A stretch of DNA of 64,000 bases from Asterias rubens. Lineage: Eukaryota. The translations under genes were made by a program, and so were the position numbers. The notes below the pieces were generated by a model, which saw only the letters and a program-made list of their open reading frames with translations, searched no databases and was not told the origin of the DNA. Of the stretch, positions 24,495 to 33,961 are shown in pieces. The DNA lies in contig NC_047078.1 of assembly GCF_902459465.1 (NCBI RefSeq), positions 6,944,001-7,008,000 on the forward strand, given 5' to 3'. How positions within the stretch are numbered: the stretch's first letter is position 1; each line of letters starts with the position of its first letter.

Positions 24495-27400
24495 CTCAAA
24501 ATGGCCGAGATCCCTAAGATTTCTGAGAGTCCAGTGAGGACAACCGGAACAAAGGAAGTACAACAAACCAAAGACAAAGGTTAGTGGTGATGATTGGTGA
24601 TTGGAAACTTATAAACAAGGAGAGACCAGATACTGTGGAAATGCAATACATGCCAAAACTGGCAATACAAAACGTATAAATATTATGCAAGTTGTTAACA
24701 ATTACTTATTAAAAGAATATTACAATCCTACATGCTTCTCATTTCTTTTAGCCGGATTTGAAACAAAAGTGATAACATATTTTGCTTTACTTGGGGACTT
24801 GGTGAAAGTAAATAAATCTGGACAGACATCGATTGCAACTTATAGTCCAGTCATACTGCAGCTGGACCTGGAAAAAATTGCAACAGAATTTATTTCAACT
24901 GCTATGGGTTCTATAAACACCCAAGTTGAACATATCAAAAGTCCTCCAAAATCCAAGTGTCCGAAAGCCTTCAAATTCGCAAAAAAAAAATGATTTTGGA
25001 GGACTTTTGATATGTTAAACTTGGGTGTCTATAGAACCCAAAACAGTTGAAATCGATTCTGTTGCAATTTTGTCCAGGTCAAGCCAGTATTTCTGATAGA
25101 TTGACTGGACAATTAGGCCTATATCATTCTTTGAAAGACTAAAGCTGGTTCACATTTTGAAAACTAACATGTTGCAGAAATAGTTGAAATCGATTGAATT
25201 TTACTAGCAAGGCACAACTTCATCAGATAAAGCTTAACATGGCTAAAGCATAATACATGTATTATGTATTTTTTTCTTTTTAGTTATTCACGTGTCTTTG
25301 TTTTTATGTTCATATATTCAAAGTCTCTTTTCTTTGTACATGTATGTTAAAAAGGGAAACCGACGACAGATTCACATCATAAGATGGACTTTGTGAAGCC
25401 TGGAAAATCTACACACAAGGTTTGAATTATCACCTGATAAATATATATAAAAAGTCTATTTAAATGATATGAGCAGTCTGTTTTCCACTGTATAGCATGT
25501 AGTGGGTGTATTCATGCATTCGCGCACCGTTATAAGGATACATGTAGTGCAGTTTTGAATCTGTTGGAATGCACATCACCAAAGATCCTGATATAAACTA
25601 TCTAACATATTTTACTTTTTGCTTTAAAATATTACTCCACAGTCAACAATAGTTATTTTTCACAACACTTATTTTCAACTGATCTCATTTTTATTTGGTT
25701 TGGTTTGAAAGCAAAAAACACTAATATTATGTGTTACATGTAATGTATTAAAACATTCGGTTTTATGCAGGTTATGATTGATCAATGGTTATCTCATTAG
25801 ACTCATTAGTCAAAAGTTATTATTCAAAATAATATTTATTTGTCATTGAAGGGAAGTTAAATCTTACACTTCTGGTTTCTTTATTTAGATTTGGTTTGAT
25901 TTAAAACACAAATGGATTATTACCCTTTTTTGCTAATATTAAGTTGTTATACTCTAAGTATTGTTAAAACTTTGATGTTTACTCAGGTTGCATTTTATTA
26001 TTCGTTATCTCAGTTTTTTAAAACAAAATAAAGACCACAGACGTAGAAATCCTTTTACTGTATTCTCCCCTCGATTTGTTTTACCCAGAGTCCTCGGATG
26101 AGTTACATTCCTCAAATGAGTCGCATTCCTCAAATTCCTCCATCTTTTTGGGGATCTTCAAAGTCATCTTCATCTCCTCGTAGTTTCAGTGTAGAACATC
26201 GTGGTAAGTAAATAATAATAATAATAATAATAATTTATTGATTTTATATTGCGCTCTCTCCAGGATACATATATGTAGTTTTTGTTTGTTACTGCCAACA
26301 ACATAAGGCATCTTCTTTGAAATATGGATCGTTTTACCACCTCAAATGTCATCTTTCAAAAAACTTATTTGACCTTTTAAGATATGTTAAATTATTTTAT
26401 ACATATTTAGGTTTAGTAAAATTTCATGTAAGGATAGTTCAGTTAGTTTTCATCTTGCAGTGGTCATGTTAAACAAGTAGAGTCTCGAGCACTTGAAACC
26501 TGTGGTTATATTAGTTCACAAATAGCACAAGTAAAGCAAAAGGAACATTCATTATTTTCTATGGTGAGGCCCAACTGATATACTTTCAAAAAAATTAAAC
26601 AAAACACCAAACACAGAAAATATAAGCCTGACAGAAGAGAGCAAAACATGTTCAGAAAAACAAAGCAAATATTCTCTGTAAATAATTTATATTTGTTATT
26701 TCCCTGATTATTGCAGCCTCTCGTACCTAAAATCTATCAAAAAATAAACACTTTGTCAAGCTTCCATAATATTTATTTCCCTGTCATAAACACCCAGTTT
26801 CGAACGTCATTTTTTAGGGAATTTAATTGATGTTCGCGAAACAATTATGGAATTTGCATGACACCCGAGAAAATTGATGGAGTAAGTTGCAAAATGATGC
26901 TCGGAACTTTATTACCTTTGCGCAATCCGCATCAGAGCAGAAATTGATTTAGGTTAAAAAAACTAGCTCGTAAACTTTCGACAAGAAATGGCTACAAGTG
27001 TAAACCAAAGAGCAACTGAAAGTCAACTGGATCAACAGACATCAAGAGACTTGTCAGAATTACATGTTCTTTCGAGTAAGATTCACTTGGTGTCATTGAA
27101 GCCGGATCTACATAGGATTGAATCTGTAAATGAAGCTCAAATGAAAACAGACACCAAAGTATCAGAGAAACAACATCATGACAAAATGAAAGAGGCTCAT
27201 TTTAAACTAGAGTTAACACTCAGAAGTGTGTTTATTTTGTCATTGTTCTTGCTATCACTTATACACAGGTGTACTCAAATAATTTGTGCGTCCTTTTTTA
27301 ATTTACAGAAGTAGAACCACTGAGTGCAAGAGAAGTGCAGGAAAAAGAAAAGGTTTGCTAACAAATAGTTTGCTATTGCGTACAAAAGATGCCTTATCCA

Positions 27401-30400
27401 CAATTAAATACAATAATGTGATAATGGAATCCGATCCAGAGGATGTTGAACTTAAGGACGACACTTTCAAAACGAAATGGTGCACAACGAAATCCATTAC
27501 AACTGTCACTGGTTGGTTTTTACTTATCAATTTTAAGTTTAAGTTTCTGCCTTACAAACATTATCAAGCAAGCTCTGACTTATCATGTCCCCACCTCTGT
27601 GCATAAACCTCTTTGATGCGGTATACCTACTAGGGGTTAAGATTGTTACCCTTAAGTTTCATGGCAATGATTATTGAAAGTAAAACTGTCTGATCAAATG
27701 CACAAATTTAAAATGTCAAATTTATATGTTACTCAAATATTCAACTTGTAACAAATTATCTGGTGTATTGGCATACAAATTTAACTAAATCCTGGCAAAT
27801 CAATACATGATGAGCGAAATTACTTACATTAGACTCCTACCGGGAACAAACAAGTGTTATCGGCGGGAATCAACTATGATCTACAAAATGTGTTAAGGAT
27901 TATCAACTTGTGTTATGTAGTTTTGAGCTACATTGTTGGATAGGCCTTATAGCATGATAGCATGATGGTTTACTTGTCTTTCACTAAACAATCCACCACT
28001 TCGAAAGCAGCTCCCTTTAGTTGAAACTCATAAAATAAGTTGTTACTGGTCAACCTTTTACCAGTCTATAAGGAACACTTACGGTTGATCCCTCAGCTAT
28101 GTGTATAAATAGCTTCACAAACCAAAACTTCTTACAGGTGACTGCCCTGATTACTCGGGTAGTTTCCGCAACCTTGTATTCCGTTTGCATTTGTCCCTTC
28201 ATACCATCTCTTTATTACACTTTATCCTTAACTTTTCACTCATTTAAAAACTGTTCTGATTTTTCTTAAGCATTTGAGGCACATCTCAAAGGAAATCGAC
28301 GAGCTCTCATCTATAGTAAGAACGGAGATGCTACCTGGTCAGTTACATTCATTGATCGAGAAATTGATCAAGGAACAGAAACAGCTTGTAAACTTCCAAC
28401 AAGAAATGGCTGCAAGTGTAGAACAAAGAGCAACTGACAGTCAACTGGATCAACGGAAATCAAGAGACTTGTCAGAATTATTTATTCTTTTGAGTAAGAT
28501 CCACTTGGTGTCATTAAGGCTGAATCTACATAGGATGAAATCTGTTGATGAAGCTCAAATGAAAACGGACACCGAAGTATCAGAGAAACAAGATTACAAA
28601 GATTACAAAATGTATCAGGCTCTTTCTAAACTAGAGTGGACACTGCAGCAGCATCTTCATACACTACAACATATCGAAAGGTATGATACAAAACCACAGA
28701 ACATAGAAAGTGTATACTACTTCCAACAGATGCTAGTTGATGATTTGCAAGGCTTGGCTCAACAAACCCTACAGGTAAAGGAGCCTGCCTATCAAGAGCA
28801 GTGCATGAAGAATATGAATGTGTTCATTAACACACAGCAGCAATTGGTTCAAAACCTCACAAATCTGCAAAAGCAAAAAAAAGGCAGCAAGCTGGAGAAG
28901 GCGTCCTCTAAGCAAGATGATCTACCTGCACGGGACACTGGCAAGCAGCAAAATGAACTGGAACTGATCACAGAACAGACTGATTTGATGAAGGAGCCCT
29001 CTAAGCAAGATGATCTACCTGCAGGGGAGGTTGGTAAACAGCTAAATGAACTGGAACTGATCACAGAACAGACTGATTTGATGAAGGAGCCCTCTAAGCA
29101 AGATGATCTACCTGCAGGGGAGGTTGGTAAACAGCAAAACGAACTGGAGCTGATCACAGAACAGACTGATTTGATGAAGGAGCCCTCTAAGCAAGATGAT
29201 CTACCTGCAGGGGAGGTTGGTAAACAGCTAAATGAACTGGAACTGATCACAGAACAGACTGATTTGATGAAGGAGCCCTCTAAGCAAGATGATCTACCTG
29301 CAGGGGAGGTTGGTAAACAGCAAAACGAACTGGAACTGATCACAGAACAGACTGAGTTGTTGCTAGATTGTCTCCGCTGGATGCGATGTCGTGGAGTATG
29401 GCAAGAGTGCACTGACCATTTCATATGGATGTTGATATGTTCTGTACTTACTGTACATCATATGTCCCATGGTCTTAGCTGGGAATGTGTTGAGGAGGTC
29501 TTCTCATCACATTCACATTTTCATTACAGGCCGAGGTATGGCAAACTGCAACAACTTGGTTACATTATAGACAGGACCATGCACAGTCAAAGAAGATTCT
29601 TGAAAGCTGAACTGTGGAATAAAATACAAAGTAAGAAGAACAAACTTATTACTGATGGTTTGTTATCTTAGTGAAGGATCCAGCATAAACATGCAATTCA
29701 ACTCAATGAATTTCAAATTTGCATACTTAACTTACATAAGGGATAAAGAATAGTTTTATTGCTTTACCCATACACCTATGTGCGTTATGCAGTGTATAAA
29801 ATACTTTCCTTGAGTCATGTGAAAAACTCCTAGACCTTGACCTTTTTTTAGAGCAAATGTCTTGCCACTACAAACCAACGAGATTGACCCTAAGACACCT
29901 GCCTTAAAGTACTATGCAAATTTCAGTGTATTAACAGATTTTAATGTATTAACCAGATTTCAAGTCAAATCACATAACTTTGAGAAATGTTGCGGATGAA
30001 GTGCCCATCAGTGTGTTAACATCAGAAATAACAATGTAGTTTACATCGACTACATTATGTTGGTAAACCTTGACATTGTTACTATAGACTTATTTTTTTT
30101 TTTACACAGCAATTAATACAGTTATCAAAATATATGTCTAAAGTGGTGGAAAGAAACGTGGGTATATAATGTTTTTGTTTTTTATGAACAGACTGATTTA
30201 TATTTGTTTACAAATGTTCAGAGGCACTGACACCTCGGAAACGTCGAGCAAGACGCTTAATGAAGGGTGACCCAACTGATGTGAGACACTCAAAGCAAGA
30301 AGACCAAATTGATGTGAGACATAATTATCTTAGTCAAAAGTTGATTCCACTTTAAACTATTCTACCTGTTAAATATCAAATAGATACTGCTGATAATAAT

Positions 30401-31776
30401 CAAGGTTGAAAGAAAAAAAGATTACAGGTTAACAAATGACCGCCCTACTGTATGTACGATAACCTTGTTTCTTAAAATGAAAAGCACTTAATTTAATGCG
30501 TTTTCATTTAATGTACCTATGAAGTCTCAAGTTTCCAGAACTTTTTTCCCCCTGTAGTATATAAATGTTAGATTTGTACTTGTGGTTTGTTTACTTTTTT
30601 TTTTTTTTCAAGATGAACAAGCTTGGAATCACACCATTGATTAATAAAACATTCACATTCTTTTTCTCCTTGGTACAGGAATCTGACCTGGAAGGGCTCA
30701 AGATCAGTATGAAAAAAACTTTGTTGTCGGATAAAGATAAAAGTATACCAACATACATCTTATATGAAATTAATGATTTCATTTCCCTCACTCTCTTCAT
30801 CTCCCTCACTCCACATTGGCACACCATGCCTCACTATCTTCATCTCCCTCACTCCACCTTGGCACACCATGCTTCACTATCTTCATCTTCCCTCACTCCA
30901 CCTTGGCACACCATGCTTCACTATCTTCATCTCCCTCACTCCACCTTGGCTTACCATGCCTCACTCTCTTCATCCTCCCTCACTCCACCTTGGCTCACCA
31001 TGCCTCACTATCTTCATCTCCCTCACTCCACCTTGGCACACCATGCTTCACTATCTTCATCTTCCCTCACTCCACCTTGGCACACCATGCTTCACTATCT
31101 TCATCTCCCTCACTCCACCTTGGCTTACCATGCCTCACTCTCTTCATCCTCCCTCACTCCACCTTGGAACACCATGCTTCACTCTCTTCATCCTCCCTCA
31201 CTCCACCTTGGCACACCATGCTTCACTCTCTTCATCTTCCCTCACTCCACCTTGGCACACCTTGCTTCACTCTCTTCATCTCCCTCACTCCACCTTGGCA
31301 CACCTTGCTTCACTCTCTTCATCTTCCCTCACTCCACCTTGGCACACCATGCTTCACTCTCTTCATCTTCCCTCACTCCACCTTGGCACACCTTGCTTCA
31401 CTCTCTTCATCTCCCTCACTCCACCTTGGCTCACCATGCTTCACTCTCTTCATCTTCTCTCATTCTCTTCTTCTACCCTCATTCTTTCCTGGCTCACTAA
31501 GACTCACTCTCTTCATCTTCCCGCACTCCACATTGACACCATGCCTCACCCTCTTCATCTTGCCTCACTCCACCTTGGCTCACCATGCTTCACTCTCTTC
31601 ATCTTCCCTCACTACACATTGGCTCACCATGCCACACTCTCTTCATCTTTCCTCAGGATACCTCATTGTTCTTAATATCAGTTATACACAGGTGGATTTT
31701 ATTAATTTGTTTGTGTCTTTTTTGTACACAATCCATCTATTTCGAAGAACCAAAGAGAGCAAGAATGACAAAGAAG
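24495..31776 (+). CDS. Predicted N-terminal modular exons of the ZU5-Death gene (I-J-H-D-E-A-B-C-D')
   Basis: I 24495-24579, J 24752-24768, H 26089-26203, D 27309-27352, E 28138-28158, A 28271-29630, B 30222-30313, C 30679-30742, D' 31748-31776. All are open and phase-compatible. From the ATG at 24501 through the Death exons the model totals 3507 nt (1168 aa plus stop). Micro-exons J, E and D' are the weakest links. Confidence 0.55.
28271..29630 (+). CDS. Exon A copy 2: coiled-coil-rich exon with five 31-aa repeats
   Basis: Matches ORF 28274-29671; cttaag acceptor and CAA A|gtaaga donor; Q/E/L/K-rich helical sequence; no recognisable family. Confidence 0.75.
28901..29365 (+). repeat. Coding VNTR, 93-bp unit (EPSKQDDLPAGEVGKQ[Q/L]NELELITEQTDLMK) x5
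   Basis: Directly visible tandem repeats; approximate ends. Confidence 0.95.
30785..31660. repeat. Same 43-44-bp minisatellite, shorter array
   Basis: Follows exon C as in the other copies; ~0.9 kb. Confidence 0.95.
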
Positions 31777-31926
31777 GTAAAGAAAAGTACATGGTTTGCT
31801 TACACATAGTTTGTTAATGGATACAACAGATTAATCCACAGATTACTCCATATTAAGCCTTATTCACAATTAAGTACCAATGTGACAATGGAATCCAATC
31901 CAGAGTGAGTTACGAAATTTAAGGAT

Positions 31927-32097
31927 ATCAATATAAACCACAAGGGAAACTGACTGGGTAAATTTGTAAATGATTTTTGGGGTTGAACAAAGAATTGACT
32001 AGAGTGGGATTCGAACCAACGACCTCCGGCACGTTAATCCGGAGGTCGTTGGTTCGAATCCCACTCTAGTCAATTCTTTGTTCAACCCCAAAAAAAA
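31927..32097 (-). mobile_element. tRNA-derived SINE insertion, 5'-truncated and partly inverted
   Basis: B-box-like ggttcgaatccc; 13-bp TSD gaaatttaaggat (31914-31926, 32098-32110); the empty site is visible in the paralog at ~318-330. Confidence 0.85.
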
Positions 32098-32269
32098 GAA
32101 ATTTAAGGATGACACTTTCAAAACGAATAGTTGCACAGCTAAATCCACTACAACTGTCACTGGTTGGTTTCTACTTATCAATTTAAGTTTCAGTTCCTGC
32201 CCTACACACATATCCACCAAGCTCAAGCTTATCCCGACCCCACCTCTATAGCACATTTTGATAATTCAG

Positions 32270-32520
32270 GTTTCGAGGCATTGAACACTATTGGTAATTG
32301 CTCAAAATAATTGTTACTATAAAAACGTACTTGGTATCAAGCCACGGAGAGCTGTCGATAGTTTAAAACATTGTGAGAAACGGCTCCCTCTGAAAGAACA
32401 TAGTTTTCGAGAAAGAAGTAATTTTCCACGAATTTGATCTGGATACCTCAGAATTAGATTTTTAGGTCCCGAAATCAATATCTGAGAGCACAAAACTTAA
32501 TGTGACAGGGGTGTTTTTTC
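32270..32520. mobile_element. Same MITE family, left part truncated at the inversion breakpoint
   Basis: ggcattgaacactattggtaattgctcaaaataattg...; ends where the inverted duplication begins. Confidence 0.78.
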
Positions 32521-32535
32521 TAAGAAGAACAGTGA

Positions 32536-33406
32536 TGTGATCCTTCGATTTCCTCTGAGATGTGCCTTAAACGCTTAAGAAAAATCAGAACAGTTTTTAA
32601 ATTATTAAAAAGTTAAGGATAAAGTGTAATAAAGAGATGGTATGAAGGGACAAATGCAGACGGAATACAAGGTCGGGGAAACTACCCGAGTAATCAGGGC
32701 AGTCACCTGTAATCAGTCTTGGTTTGTGAAACTATTATACACACTGGTAAAAGGTTAACCAGTAACAATTTATTTTATAAGTTTCAACCAAAGGGAGCTG
32801 CTTTCGAAGTGGTGGATTGTTTAGTGAAAGACAAGCAAACCATCATGCTATCATGCTATAAGGCCTATCCAACAATGTAGCTCAAAACTACATGACACAA
32901 GTTGATAATCCTTAACACATTTTGTAGATCATTGTTGATTCCCAGCGATAACACTTGTTTGTTCCCGGTAGGAGTCTTATATGTAAGTTATTTCGCTCAT
33001 CATTTATTAATTTGCCAGGATTTAGTTAAATTTGTATGCCAATACACCAGATAACTTGTTACAAGTTGAATATTTGAGTAACATATAAATTTGACATTTT
33101 AAATTTGTGCATTTGATCAGACAGTTTTACGTTCAAAGATCATTGCCATGAAACTGAAGGGTAACAATCTTTACCCCTAGTAGGTATACCGCATCAAAGA
33201 GGTTTATGCACAGAGGTGGGGACATGATAAGTCAGAGCATGCTTGATAATGTTTGTAAGGCAGAAACTTAAACTTAAAATTGATAAGTAAAAACCAACCA
33301 GTGACAGTTGTAATGGATTTCGTTGTGAAACATTTCGTTTTGAAAGTGTCGTCCTTAAGTTCAACATCCTCTGGATCGGATTCCATTACACATTATTGTA
33401 TTTAAT
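32536..33406 (-). repeat. Inverted duplication of post-D intron, exon E and the start of exon A
   Basis: Reverse complement matches ~27420-28305, including the ttcttacag-type acceptor/GTGACTGCCCTGATTACTCGG exon and the cttaag acceptor; ORF 33204-33386(-) repeats the intronic MESDPED peptide. Confidence 0.92.
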
Positions 33407-33472
33407 CAGCATTTGATCAGACACTTTTACTTTCATTGGTCATTGCCATGAAACTTAAGGGTAACAATAATA

Positions 33473-33668
33473 TTTTCCAGCGCTGTGCAGCAAACACTTC
33501 GAGCCGCCGTGCTTCAAATATCGCGCCTCTATTGACGTCACGAACAGTGCCCTCTCGGGTCGTGTCTACTTTTAAATTTGTTAATAAAATGGAAACTAAA
33601 TTTTTAGAACCTTAGATAATTGTTTATTCATATTCTACTCATCAAAACACATATTTTAGTGACAAAAA
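33473..33668 (+). mobile_element. Fragment of the THAP/Kolobok-like element
   Basis: Matches 47023-47065 and 47460-47605 (LCSKHFEP motif, ttgacgtcacgaacag). Confidence 0.8.
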
Positions 33669-33855
33669 CATTCCTCCGATGAGATGTAAACAAATACAGA
33701 AGTCTCGAAGCATGCACCAGTCTTGAGTATTAGCTGTTTCTTGTGTCCGAATGTTTTTCCAGTTTGATAAGAAAATGTCTGCCAATCAGTTTCAAGAACA
33801 AAAAGTATACATGAGAGTGAATGTACAACCAAAAATATTTTTTTTTTGTGATCAG

Positions 33856-33961
33856 GATGCCACTGACGAGCCCATTGATGAAGACAGCAATGTAGATGCT
33901 GCAGGATTTACTTCAATCACACAGACTACTCAAGCAGTTACACAGATGGCACCAAGAAATG
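33856..33961 (+). CDS. Exon F, acidic linker (DATDEPIDEDSNVDAAGFTSITQTTQAVTQMAPRN)
   Basis: T-rich tract plus atcag acceptor; G|gtgagc donor; 106 bp; phase 1 matches the ZU5 exon. Confidence 0.75.

Larger units (their letters stand above)
10459..27830 (+). repeat. Tandem array of ~4.0-kb units (four full units plus shared flanks)
   Basis: Marker ORF MATSVNQ recurs at 9622, 13665, 18896, 22914 and 26988 (spacings 4043, 5231 including a 1221-bp insertion, 4018, 4074); units are near-identical. Confidence 0.95.

Noticed and set aside
28901-29365. CRISPR-like or prokaryotic repeat array
   Set aside because: The repeats are contiguous with no unique spacers, and the context is spliced eukaryotic DNA.
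28849-29424. Minus-strand ORFs with SVCSVISSSSFCCLP repeats (also 3868-4125, 62071-62832)
   Set aside because: Antisense shadow of the exon A VNTR.
32000-32070. tRNA gene (ggttcgaatccc; also 50085)
   Set aside because: No complete cloverleaf; the TSD and non-tRNA body indicate SINEs.
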